Below are positions 8,426 through 17,961 of a stretch of 51,137 nucleotides of DNA, piece after piece. The DNA comes from a bacterium (lineage in GTDB: Bacteria; Bacteroidota; Bacteroidia; CAILMK01; JACPUW01). Position numbers and translations under genes: made by a program. Every line of letters begins with the position of its first letter. Position 1 is the first letter of the stretch. The stretch is taken from positions 1-51,137 of the forward strand of contig WGNN01000010.1 of NCBI GenBank assembly GCA_016124515.1. Reading direction: 5' to 3'. The notes under the pieces were generated by a model, which was given only the letters and a program-made list of their open reading frames with translations, had not been told where the DNA came from and ran no database searches.

Positions 8426-10741
8426 TTATTTACGCGCCCGCCCTTTTTTAGCTTTTGCAGGAGCGTTGTTAATTAGTTCCAGTGTTTGTTCTAAATCAAG
8501 CTCTTCGGCCTTGGTGCCTTTGGGGATTTTAAAGTTCTCCTTTCCGCGCTTGATGTAGGGGCCCCATCTGCCATTGAGGATTTCTATTTTCTTGCCTTCG
8601 TGCTCAAATTCCTTGATGAATTTATTGGCTTCCGCCACGCGCTTGGCTTCTATGAGTTCAATGGCTTTGCTCAATTCTATTTCGTATGGGTCTTCGTCTT
8701 TGGGTATCGACACAAACTTGTTGTTGTGTTTTACATACGGACCAAAACGACCCACATCGGCCAATACGGGTTTGCCTTCAAACTCGCCGATTGTGCGCGG
8801 CAGTTTAAAAAGCTCCAGTGCTTCGTCAAGCGTTATGGACTCAATAAGTTGGCCGGGACGCAATTTGGCGTATTTGGGTTTTTCTTCGGTGTCAGATTCA
8901 CCCAATTGCACATAAGGACCGTATTTTCCAAAACGGGCCGACACAGGCAATTGTGTTTTTGGATCAATGCCCAAGTCGCGGTTTTGGTTTACTCTTTTGG
9001 CTTCCTTGGTGGTTTGCTCCACATTTTCATGAAATGGCTTGTAGAAACCTGAAAGCATGTTTTGCCAATCGAGTTTTCCTTCGGCTATATGGTCAAATTC
9101 TTCTTCAACCTTGGCGGTAAAGTGGTAGTCCATTACCCCGCTGAAGTTTTCGTCAAGAAAGTCGTTTACCAACATGCCCACATCGCTGGGGAATAGTTTG
9201 TTTTTCTCAGCACCAAATACCTCGGTCGATTCTTTTTCGGTAATGTTTCCGCCTTTCAGCACAAGCAGTACATATTTTCTGTCGGTACCGGGGCGTGTTT
9301 CCTTGGTTACATAAGACCGTTTTTGAATGGTTGAAATGGTGGGCGCGTAAGTTGAAGGTCGGCCTATGCCCAACTCTTCAAGTTTGCGCACCAGCGAGGC
9401 TTCTGTATATCGCGGAGCCGGGCGGGTAAAGCGTTCGCGGCTTTCTACAAAATCTAGCTGCAATTCCTGTCCTAATGTCAGGTTTGGCAAAAGCATTTCG
9501 CCGCTTTCTGCATTTTCTTCATCGTCGTCGTTCGACTCAATGTAGAGTTTCAGAAAGCCATCAAATTTTATTTGTTGTCCTGTAGCTACAAACTGGTGTT
9601 TGCTGGTGCTAATGTCTATTTTAATGTTGGTGTTTTCCAGTTTGGCATCGGCCATTTGCGAGGCCACTGTTCTTTTCCAAATCAACTCATACAACCTGCT
9701 TTCATCGCGTCCTTCGCCTATGGAGTGGTTTTGAAAATAGGTGGGTCGTATGGCTTCGTGGGCTTCCTGTGCGCCTTGTGCTTTGGTGGTGTATTGTCGC
9801 GGGTTTGAATAGTTGGCGCCAAACTGACTCGTTATTTCATTTTGTGCCGCATCTATTGCCAACTGCGAAAGATTCACCGAGTCGGTTCTCATATAAGTAA
9901 TGTGTCCGGCCTCGTAGAGCTTTTGCGCCAGCATCATGGTTTTTGATACGGAATAACCCAACTTTCGGCTTGCTTCCTGCTGTAGGGTAGAAGTAGTGAA
10001 AGGCGGTGCAGGGGACTTTTTGGCCGGTTTTACTTGTATGTCGCTTATTTTGAAACCGGCATTGATACAACTGTTGAGAAAATCCCGTGTCTCATTTTTA
10101 TCGCCAAGCTTGGTGTTTAGTTCGGCAATTACTTTGCCTCCGCTTACCTTAAAATGTCCTCTCGGCTTGAAAGAACTTTCTGCTTCAAAAGCCATGATTT
10201 CCCGTTCGCGCTCCACAATCAGTTTTACAGCCACCGATTGTACACGGCCCGCCGAGAGCGAGGGGCGCACTTTTTTCCAAAGCACCGGCGAAAGTTCGTA
10301 ACCTACCAACCTATCGAGCACCCGGCGGGCCTGTTGTGCATTTACCAGGTTGATGTCGATTTTGCGCGGGTTTTGAATGGCTTTTAATATGGCTGGCTTG
10401 GTAATTTCGTGAAATACAATGCGTTTGGTTTCATTGATATCCAAACCCAACGATTCGGCAAGGTGCCACGATATGGCTTCTCCCTCGCGGTCCTCGTCCG
10501 TTGCCAGCCACACGGTTTCTGATTCCGCTGCCAGCTTTTGAAGTTCTTTTATCAGCTTCTTCTTGTCAGGCGATACTTCGTACCTGGGATTGAAATTGTT
10601 TTCAATATCAACACTTATCTCGTCCGACAAAAGGTCTCTTACATGTCCGTAGGAGCTTGTAACGGTAAAATCGCTACCCAAAAACTTTTCAATGGTTTTG
10701 GCTTTTGCAGGCGACTCAACAATGACTAGGTTTCTTCCCAT
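8426..10741 (-). CDS. topA: DNA topoisomerase I (type IA)
   Basis: TOPRIM motifs LVIVESPAKAKTI and ATDEDREGE, SAGRVQS, active-site ITYMRTDS, AHEAIRPT, GIGRPSTY, and C-terminal G[RK][FYW]GPY repeats. Confidence 0.98.
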   Translation of the reverse strand: MGRNLVIVESPAKAKTIEKFLGSDFTVTSSYGHVRDLLSDEISVDIENNFNPRYEVSPDKKKLIKELQKLAAESETVWLATDEDREGEAISWHLAESLGLDINETKRIVFHEITKPAILKAIQNPRKIDINLVNAQQARRVLDRLVGYELSPVLWKKVRPSLSAGRVQSVAVKLIVEREREIMAFEAESSFKPRGHFKVSGGKVIAELNTKLGDKNETRDFLNSCINAGFKISDIQVKPAKKSPAPPFTTSTLQQEASRKLGYSVSKTMMLAQKLYEAGHITYMRTDSVNLSQLAIDAAQNEITSQFGANYSNPRQYTTKAQGAQEAHEAIRPTYFQNHSIGEGRDESRLYELIWKRTVASQMADAKLENTNIKIDISTSKHQFVATGQQIKFDGFLKLYIESNDDDEENAESGEMLLPNLTLGQELQLDFVESRERFTRPAPRYTEASLVRKLEELGIGRPSTYAPTISTIQKRSYVTKETRPGTDRKYVLLVLKGGNITEKESTEVFGAEKNKLFPSDVGMLVNDFLDENFSGVMDYHFTAKVEEEFDHIAEGKLDWQNMLSGFYKPFHENVEQTTKEAKRVNQNRDLGIDPKTQLPVSARFGKYGPYVQLGESDTEEKPKYAKLRPGQLIESITLDEALELFKLPRTIGEFEGKPVLADVGRFGPYVKHNNKFVSIPKDEDPYEIELSKAIELIEAKRVAEANKFIKEFEHEGKKIEILNGRWGPYIKRGKENFKIPKGTKAEELDLEQTLELINNAPAKAKKGRARK

Positions 10742-10806
10742 GCCGCGAGTTTAGGGAATTTCAAGTACTTAGGCTTTTATTTTTGACAATCTTATTTAAA
10801 AGGCAC

Positions 10807-12840
10807 TCAATTTTTGAGTATTTTTTTAGAGAAATAATTGTTTTCTGAGCTTATTTCCAATAGGTAAAACCCATTTTGAAGGTTCATTAAAGGCAACTGA
10901 AATTTCTCAGCATTGTTTACTGTGGTATTCCAAACCACTCTGCCCGACAGGTCGTAGATTTTAATGGCACTGCGTACACCGTCAAGGCCTGCTATGTTCA
11001 GCACATCGCTGGCAGGGTTGGGCCAGATTTCAATATGGCTTTGCAAGGTGTTTGGTACCGCTGCCGGCCAGGCACCTATAGAAAGGTTGTCCATGTAAAT
11101 ATCTTGTTGCCCATTGCCGGTAAATCTGAATTCAAAAGCAGCAGATTTCAGTGATTTGACCAAACTGATGTCAACAGTAAATCGCTTCCAGTCTGACTGA
11201 CCAGGCACAAACTCTGAGGTAACGTAGCCGTCAATACTTCGCATAGAGTTTGAGTTGCTCGAGTAGCGCATTATTTCAATGCCCTTGCAAGGGTCAACCA
11301 CATAAATATCCAAATTTTCGCTGCCTTGTGAGTTCACGCGTGCATAAGCCAAATCAAAACTAAGTTGGTAAACAGTGGTGGTGGTAAGGTCGATTGGCGG
11401 GGTGCGCAGTACCACAATATCATTGGCTACATTTTGTCCATAGTTGTTTACCATCACGGCACCGTCACCGTCTTTGGCGGTGTTGGTGTGTTCCCACGAC
11501 AACTGACTGCCGCCGGTGCTCCAGCCATCAAACATGAATTTTTCAGAATCGAATGACTCAAAGAAGGGGGCTTTCACATCAGATTCTTCTGAAGTAACCA
11601 ATATGTGCTTTTGCAGTGCAAGTGTGTCGCTGCCTGCTTTGTTGCTAATAATTAGGGTAACATCATAAATACCGGGATTTGTGTAAGTAACCGTGGGGTT
11701 TTGGGTGAATGCCGCACTTGGACTTCCACTAGGAAAAAACCACTTGTACTCAGTGTTTTGTGGATCGGTACAAGAAATATCTTCAAAATCAACTGAGCTG
11801 CCGGCGCAAACCACTTTTGTGCTTGAAGTAAAAGCGGCTACAGGTTCACCCAATATTTCGCTTGAATCAAGTACGCCTGTTGCATACAGGTTGCTCAGGC
11901 TAATAAGGTTGGCCCTGGTGTTGTTTAGCGTGTAGTCAACGCGTTCTTTTTGGCCAAGGGTAAACATGTTGCGGCAGTTGCTGTAGTCCATCATGTTTTC
12001 TATCATATCGCGCACATCGGGATTGTCGTTTGAACATGAATTCAAGCCCATAGGGCAACCTTGGTTGTCTTTGGCGGTGGGTGGTGTATCGCACACGCGG
12101 TCGCCGGTACTTGCGCAGTTGCTGCCACAACCATCCTGAAAAGGATGGTAAAGATTGAGGTAGTGTCCAAGCTCGTGTGGAAGGGTAGCCTTATTGGCCA
12201 CATCAGAACGTATAACAATACCCGATGTGGTGCGGCTTTCCATCCATGGAAAATAGGCATAGCCCAGAATGGTACTGGTAGATGTGCTGCCGGTAATAGA
12301 TTTTACCACCCAAATGTTGAGGTACTTGGTAGGGTCCCACATGCTCAGTGACTTTACATTGTCGCCGGCATTTACGGTAGAAGCTGATTGCACGCGCACA
12401 ATACCGGTGGTTGGTTTGCCATCGGGGTCTATTTGAGCCAGGCGCAATTCAATTTGCATGTTGGCCACTATGTTTTGCCAAAGCGGATCTACATCGCTCA
12501 TTTTTATATTGCGCATTTGATACACCTTGTTCACTTCCTTCACATATTCCATCACTGCGGCATCAGAAATATTTTCAGGTCCGTTGTTGTGAATAATATG
12601 AAACACGGTGGGAATGATACGCAGGTCGCAACCTGAACCGCTGTTTTTGTTGGCCATGTGCAGGTTGTTGTAAACCGCCTCTTCATAAACGTCGCGTTTT
12701 TGAAGCAAAGCCGGCTCTTCAGCTAGTTTGCGTTCCAGCATTTCATCGGTATAGCATGGAATTTCGCGGCTGCCGGATTGTGCAAAAATGGTTTGTAATG
12801 AAAAAGTGAATAGGGAAATGATTAAAAGGGATCTCAACAT
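10807..12840 (-). CDS. M43 (pappalysin/ulilysin-like) zinc metalloprotease with PKD domain and T9SS type-A sorting domain
   Basis: Signal peptide, pro-segment Cys (IPCYTD), HELGHYLNLYH, DRVCDTP, Met-turn NMMDY, PKD (WFFPSGSP...YTNPGIYDVTL), CTD IWPNPASD...GFYLL...KKILKN. Confidence 0.92.
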   Translation of the reverse strand: MLRSLLIISLFTFSLQTIFAQSGSREIPCYTDEMLERKLAEEPALLQKRDVYEEAVYNNLHMANKNSGSGCDLRIIPTVFHIIHNNGPENISDAAVMEYVKEVNKVYQMRNIKMSDVDPLWQNIVANMQIELRLAQIDPDGKPTTGIVRVQSASTVNAGDNVKSLSMWDPTKYLNIWVVKSITGSTSTSTILGYAYFPWMESRTTSGIVIRSDVANKATLPHELGHYLNLYHPFQDGCGSNCASTGDRVCDTPPTAKDNQGCPMGLNSCSNDNPDVRDMIENMMDYSNCRNMFTLGQKERVDYTLNNTRANLISLSNLYATGVLDSSEILGEPVAAFTSSTKVVCAGSSVDFEDISCTDPQNTEYKWFFPSGSPSAAFTQNPTVTYTNPGIYDVTLIISNKAGSDTLALQKHILVTSEESDVKAPFFESFDSEKFMFDGWSTGGSQLSWEHTNTAKDGDGAVMVNNYGQNVANDIVVLRTPPIDLTTTTVYQLSFDLAYARVNSQGSENLDIYVVDPCKGIEIMRYSSNSNSMRSIDGYVTSEFVPGQSDWKRFTVDISLVKSLKSAAFEFRFTGNGQQDIYMDNLSIGAWPAAVPNTLQSHIEIWPNPASDVLNIAGLDGVRSAIKIYDLSGRVVWNTTVNNAEKFQLPLMNLQNGFYLLEISSENNYFSKKILKN

Positions 12841-12847
12841 TTGATGG

Positions 12848-14866
12848 TTATTTGATAATGAGTTTTCTTGTGATTTTATATTTTTCTGATGATATCAAGA
12901 TGGTATAAACACCCTTAGGAAGGTGGTTTAGTTCTATTTTTGGATTATTTGTGTAAAAGCGATTGGCGTAAACTTCTTTGCCGGCCACATCAACAATGTG
13001 CAAATTGTAGGGCGAGCCATCATTGTCAAAGTCTATATTAATAAGGCTTCCATCGCTTGCCGGGTTTGGATAAACACTCACCGAAGCATTATTTGAAACG
13101 ATTTGCTCAATGCCTACGGTTTTGGTGCCTATACGCAGGTTGTCGAGATAAAGGTTGTTGCCATTGTTAGATTCAAACTCAAATTTGATGAGCAGGTTCG
13201 GCTTTGATGCAAATTGTTTGATGCCTACTTCAAACTCCTTCCACTGTGTGGTACTTGTAGGTTTAAAGTAGCTGTTCTGATCGGCGGCACTGCTCAGTTG
13301 GTTTGAAAAATCGGTTCGCAGCAAATACCAATTGGCACCGCAATCAAACGAAACGGAGACGGCCAGTAAATCCTGACTCATGTTTTGGCTTTTGACGTAG
13401 GCCACGCTGTACCGCAAATAAGGATCTTCCAATTGGCCAAGCTTTACGGCAGGTATGGTAAAGCTTGTAATGCTGCCGGGAACTACCAACGAAAAATTGT
13501 CAACCATCAGGCATTTACCGCCATTGTAGCCATCATAGCTAAGTTTCCATTTAAATGTTGCGGGCGAATTTTCATATACCCAATCGCCCGGAGTACTCCA
13601 GTCCTCTTCAAAACCACGCGAATAGGGTGCGGTGTAGAGCACGGTGCTGTCATATACGGCCAGGTATTTTTCCTGTACCACAGAATCTATTCCCACTTGA
13701 TTTTTCACCACCAATTTTACGGTGTAAAAGCCCGGAGTTATGAATGAAAATTCCGGTGTTTCATCGCTGCTTTTCAAGGTGGTTGTTTCATTAAACACCT
13801 TCCAACTAAAGCTTATACCACTGCCTTTTGCACAAGATTGATTTATCAGTGTCACGTTTTCGCCAATGCAGTTGATGCGTTTTTGGGCATCGAAAGCGGC
13901 TATGGGCATGGTGGCTTTGTTGCCCAGCACTCCAGTGGCTTCCAAATTGCCTTGCGACACCAATTTGGCGCGGTAAAACTCAATGGCGGAGCGCATGCGT
14001 GATTTTTGTCCTTCGGTAAACATGGCCGAGCAATCGCTGTAGTCCATGTAGTTCTCAATCTGATCTATTAAATCGGGCGTATCGTTGCTGCATGAGTTTC
14101 GGCCTTTTGGGCAACCAAAGTTGGCTTTTTGGGCCGGTGGCGTGTCGCAAATGCGGTCGCCTGAACTTTGGCAATCATTGCCACAGCCATTGTCAAAAGT
14201 GTGAAATAAGTTGAGGTAATGGCCTATTTCGTGGGTGAGCGAGTTGCTTGTCATTTGATCATAGCGAAGTACAATGCCGTCGTATCTTCCTCCCGTACCC
14301 GGATAATAGGCGTATCCGAGCGTAGAAGTGCCGGGTGTGTTTGATTTGATGGATTTTACTATCCAAATGTTCAGGTACTTGTCATTGTCCCAGGCTATCA
14401 AATCTTTTACATTCCTACCCGAATAATCGTCCACTTCGTTAGTGAGTTTAGTATAAGTGCGCGTGATGCCGTTGGTACACTTTTCATCGGGGTCTATTTG
14501 TGCTAGCCTGAATTCAATTCCAATATTTGCGGCGGTACCTTTAAAAGGCGCTTGAATTTTAGTAGTGTCTTTGTTTTGCAGCGAATAATCAAGGTTTATT
14601 TCGTTGATAAGCCCTTTGAGTTGTGTATCGCTTACATTTTCTATACCGCCCTGATGCATCACATGAAATACCACTGGAATGATGTAGGTAGTTTGTCGTT
14701 TTGAGGCTGATTCAAATTGTTTTTGGTAGTACCGCTCAAATTGAGCAAATGAATCGGCTTGCGCTTTGTTGCGTGCTATAGGTGCAGGGGTAGCACACCA
14801 CGAACCCTGCGCATGCAGACTTATTGATGCTAAACTTAGAATTAATGCTATGAAAAACACTCTCAT
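12848..14866 (-). CDS. M43 zinc metalloprotease with PKD domain and T9SS type-A sorting domain
   Basis: ATG 14866 gives the signal peptide MRVFFIALIL...HAQ. Motifs WCATP, HEIGHYLNLFH, NYMDY, a PKD domain, and CTD VYPNPAS...GVYTI...RKLIIK. Confidence 0.92.
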   Translation of the reverse strand: MRVFFIALILSLASISLHAQGSWCATPAPIARNKAQADSFAQFERYYQKQFESASKRQTTYIIPVVFHVMHQGGIENVSDTQLKGLINEINLDYSLQNKDTTKIQAPFKGTAANIGIEFRLAQIDPDEKCTNGITRTYTKLTNEVDDYSGRNVKDLIAWDNDKYLNIWIVKSIKSNTPGTSTLGYAYYPGTGGRYDGIVLRYDQMTSNSLTHEIGHYLNLFHTFDNGCGNDCQSSGDRICDTPPAQKANFGCPKGRNSCSNDTPDLIDQIENYMDYSDCSAMFTEGQKSRMRSAIEFYRAKLVSQGNLEATGVLGNKATMPIAAFDAQKRINCIGENVTLINQSCAKGSGISFSWKVFNETTTLKSSDETPEFSFITPGFYTVKLVVKNQVGIDSVVQEKYLAVYDSTVLYTAPYSRGFEEDWSTPGDWVYENSPATFKWKLSYDGYNGGKCLMVDNFSLVVPGSITSFTIPAVKLGQLEDPYLRYSVAYVKSQNMSQDLLAVSVSFDCGANWYLLRTDFSNQLSSAADQNSYFKPTSTTQWKEFEVGIKQFASKPNLLIKFEFESNNGNNLYLDNLRIGTKTVGIEQIVSNNASVSVYPNPASDGSLINIDFDNDGSPYNLHIVDVAGKEVYANRFYTNNPKIELNHLPKGVYTILISSEKYKITRKLIIK

Positions 14867-14948
14867 ATAGGCCAAACTACTGAAATGCAATAATACTTTG
14901 GTAACACTGAACATTTGGTCTTAATAAAAGCAGATAAGTTTTTTTGGT

Positions 14949-14980
14949 AAAAAAAATCCCCGCCTTTTTGGGGCGGGGAT
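14949..14980 (-). terminator. Intrinsic terminator downstream of the 15004-16377 M43 gene
   Basis: Stem ATCCCCGCC / GGCGGGGAT. The A-run on the plus strand at 14949-14956 reads as a U-tract on the minus strand. Confidence 0.8.
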
Positions 14981-15003
14981 GCACTTATTTGATATTGCGT
15001 GTT

Positions 15004-16377
15004 TTAGTAGCTACTGCCATTGGGGCTGTACTGCACTTTCTTAACTACGGTGTAGTTTTCAAATTGAATTTGAATGATGTAAACACCTTCAGAAAGATTC
15101 ATTTGCGAGGCTGAAATCTCAATTTTGTTGGAGCCTTGCAGCAGTTTTTTGCGGCAATCTTTGTAGGCTGTTCTGCCCAACAAGTCTTTAATTTCTATGC
15201 AAGCGGTTGACTCATGTTGCGCGTCCACTTCAACCACAATCTTATCGCTGAATGGGTTGGGATATACGTTTACTGATTTATCGGCTTCCGCGGCTACTAC
15301 TTGGTTTACGCCTGTTGCCTGAAGATTCTCCCATGAAACCACGCTTTGACGCAAGCCTACAAGGGTAGAGCGCATGCGCTGTACTTGATCGCGAGAAAAT
15401 GCATACGGGCAATACCTGTAATCCATGATATTGTGAGAAGCATCGTTTCTTGGGTCATTGGGACAAGTGTTTACTACATCACATTCTCTATATATAGTAT
15501 CACTTTGTGGAATATCACAAATTTTATCTCCACCAAAATGGCAGTCTAGAATACTGCATCCACTTGGGTTACCGAAGGCATTTGTCACAGAACCATCAGT
15601 TTGGAAAGGATGACGAAGACCCAGCCAGTGGCCGGCTTCGTGTGAAAGGGTATGGCGGTAAAATGCTTTTTCTTTGGATCCAACCGGAGGGTTTGCTTTG
15701 AATACTTCCCAAAGTCCAATTACGCCATCTTCGCCTTTAGGGCTTGCGCCAGCGGCAGTCAGGTCAGGCAGAGTAGAGTAAGCCAAAACACCTGACGGTC
15801 CACTACTAAGACTTTTTACAATCCAAAAGTTGAGGTACATATCAGATGGCCAATACGACATGTATTTGAGTACCTGATCGTTGGTTCTCTTGCTGGCGTT
15901 GGTCAATTCTGTTTCTATATAATTGATACCATTGGAGGGGTTGCCATGGGGGTCAAACTGCGCCCTTACAAAAGTTATATGCGCATTGCCACGGTGGAAA
16001 CCCATGTATTCGGGTTGGTCGGGTCCTTGAGTGGTATCTTCGTTTCTTCTGTTGTAGTCTTGGTTCATGCGCTCAATTACTGCATTGGCGTCTTCTTCAC
16101 CGAAGTATTTAGTTAAGTTGGCGTTTTCTGAACTAGGGTGGAAATAGTGGAAAACTACGGGGATATAAAATTGTCTTCCATCGTCGGTTTTTGAAGCCAT
16201 TTGGCTGTATGCATAAGCCGCTTCATCTATTTTTCGCTCTGCTTCTTTCAGTGCCTCGGGGTTTTCTTTCAGTGCTTGAAAATACACCGAATCGGTAGCG
16301 CACCAGTTTTCGGTTCGCTGTGCCCAGAGAGCCGTGGTTACCAAAAAAAGACCTACTACAAGTATTATTTTGCGCAT
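15004..16377 (-). CDS. M43 zinc metalloprotease with T9SS type-A sorting domain (no PKD)
   Basis: Signal peptide, WCATD, HEAGHWLGLRH, DKICDIP, NIMDY, CTD VYPNPFSD...GVYII...KKVQY. Confidence 0.9.
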   Translation of the reverse strand: MRKIILVVGLFLVTTALWAQRTENWCATDSVYFQALKENPEALKEAERKIDEAAYAYSQMASKTDDGRQFYIPVVFHYFHPSSENANLTKYFGEEDANAVIERMNQDYNRRNEDTTQGPDQPEYMGFHRGNAHITFVRAQFDPHGNPSNGINYIETELTNASKRTNDQVLKYMSYWPSDMYLNFWIVKSLSSGPSGVLAYSTLPDLTAAGASPKGEDGVIGLWEVFKANPPVGSKEKAFYRHTLSHEAGHWLGLRHPFQTDGSVTNAFGNPSGCSILDCHFGGDKICDIPQSDTIYRECDVVNTCPNDPRNDASHNIMDYRYCPYAFSRDQVQRMRSTLVGLRQSVVSWENLQATGVNQVVAAEADKSVNVYPNPFSDKIVVEVDAQHESTACIEIKDLLGRTAYKDCRKKLLQGSNKIEISASQMNLSEGVYIIQIQFENYTVVKKVQYSPNGSSY

Positions 16378-16478
16378 ATCACAATATTAAAGTGTTACAA
16401 AGTAAATTAACATTATCAAAATAAAAGATTCTTATTGCATATAATTTGACCCAATTTATAAGTGGCGGGGCTAAGTGC

Positions 16479-17870
16479 TTATTCGTCAATTTGTCCAACA
16501 ATGGTGGCAACAGCAGCATCTCCGGTCACATTCACCACCGTGCGGCACATATCAAGTATGCGATCTACCGGAAAAATGATGGAGATCCAGAGCGGATTCA
16601 ACCCCACCGATTGCAAAACCATAATCATCATGATAAGGCCCGCGCTGGGTACTGCCGAGGCACCGATAGATGCCAACGTAGCCGTAAGTACTATGGTAAG
16701 CTGCTGCACCAAACTCAAATCGATGGAATGAAACTGGGCGAGAAAAACCACCGCAACGGCAATATACAAGCTGGTTCCATCCATATTGACCGTAGCGCCT
16801 ATGGGTAGCACAAAGCTGCTTATCTTTTTGGGCACACCCAATTGTTCGTTTACGCACTGCATGGTAACAGGCAAGGTGGCGGCACTTGAACTTGTAGAAA
16901 AGGCCAGGGTTTGTGCTTTTCTTATACCTTTTAAGAAAGAAAACACATTGAGCTTGCGTACCAAAAGCGTGATGGCGGTAGGATATACCAGCACCACCAT
17001 GATGGCAAGTCCGCCCACCACCGTGGCTGAGTATCTTATGAGGTAATAAAGTATTTCGCCCAAATTGTTCAGGTTGTCTTCGGCCATCTTGGTAAGCATA
17101 CCGGCCATTAAGGCAAAAACAAAAAATGGTGCGGCCATCATTACTATATCCACCATTTTCAAAAACACATCGTTTAGGCCATCCACAAGTTTGGCCACGG
17201 GTTCGGCTTTTTCTTTGTCAATTAATAGGAGTACCACACCAAAAAACAAGGCAAAGAAGATGATTTGCAACATGAGCCCGTTGCTGCTGAGCGCCAAAAA
17301 AATATTGGAAGGCACCATATCTATAAGAATCTGTAGCGGACCTTCATCTTTTCGTTTCAGTGCATTTTCGGTTTTTGCTTTGGCTGTTTCATTGTTGCTC
17401 AGGTTTTCCAGGTCTTTCTGCGCATCGTCCAAGTAGGCACTGTACTTGTCATTACCCAGGTAGTTTTTGTTGTCTTTTATTTCAACGCCTTCGGTTTGGC
17501 TCACCCAAAGCTCGTATGAGAGCCGGTTTTTTATGGCTAGTTCTTCGCTGAGTCCTGCCCCGGGTTTCCAAATATTTACCATAGCCAGCCCAATAGTAAT
17601 GGCCAATACAGTTGAAATAATGTACAGTGCCAAGGTACGAATGCCCAGTTTACCCAGTTTGCCAATGTCTTGTAAATCTGATATTCCTTTTATAATGGAG
17701 AAAAGTACCAATGGTATGGCTATGAGCTTCAGTAAGTTGATAAAAATAGTTCCGAAGGGCAAAATCCAGTTTATGGTAAATTTCTGCCAGCCGACTTGCA
17801 AACCAACAAAAGCCCAAACCACGCCAAGAAGTAGTCCGATGAGTATTTTCCAGTGCTGTGCAATCTTCAT
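16479..17870 (-). CDS. Dicarboxylate/amino acid:cation symporter (DAACS, GltPh/GltT-like), probably an Asp/Glu transporter
   Basis: HP1 STSSSAATLP, TM7 NMDGT, HP2 SIGASAVPSAG, TM8 DRILDMCRTVVNVTGD. Confidence 0.93.
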   Translation of the reverse strand: MKIAQHWKILIGLLLGVVWAFVGLQVGWQKFTINWILPFGTIFINLLKLIAIPLVLFSIIKGISDLQDIGKLGKLGIRTLALYIISTVLAITIGLAMVNIWKPGAGLSEELAIKNRLSYELWVSQTEGVEIKDNKNYLGNDKYSAYLDDAQKDLENLSNNETAKAKTENALKRKDEGPLQILIDMVPSNIFLALSSNGLMLQIIFFALFFGVVLLLIDKEKAEPVAKLVDGLNDVFLKMVDIVMMAAPFFVFALMAGMLTKMAEDNLNNLGEILYYLIRYSATVVGGLAIMVVLVYPTAITLLVRKLNVFSFLKGIRKAQTLAFSTSSSAATLPVTMQCVNEQLGVPKKISSFVLPIGATVNMDGTSLYIAVAVVFLAQFHSIDLSLVQQLTIVLTATLASIGASAVPSAGLIMMIMVLQSVGLNPLWISIIFPVDRILDMCRTVVNVTGDAAVATIVGQIDE

Positions 17871-17961
17871 ATTTGGTTTTTACCCGCCGAAAGTATGACC
17901 ATTTGTCAAGAACGTCCAAACCGCGTGATGCCTATTCCTCAATTTGTCGCACTTTTGCCGC

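Noticed and set aside
8426-9000. TopA C-terminus lacking zinc ribbons, with a Lys/Arg-rich tail
   Set aside because: GxxGPY-type C-terminal repeats are the normal architecture in Bacteroidota TopA.
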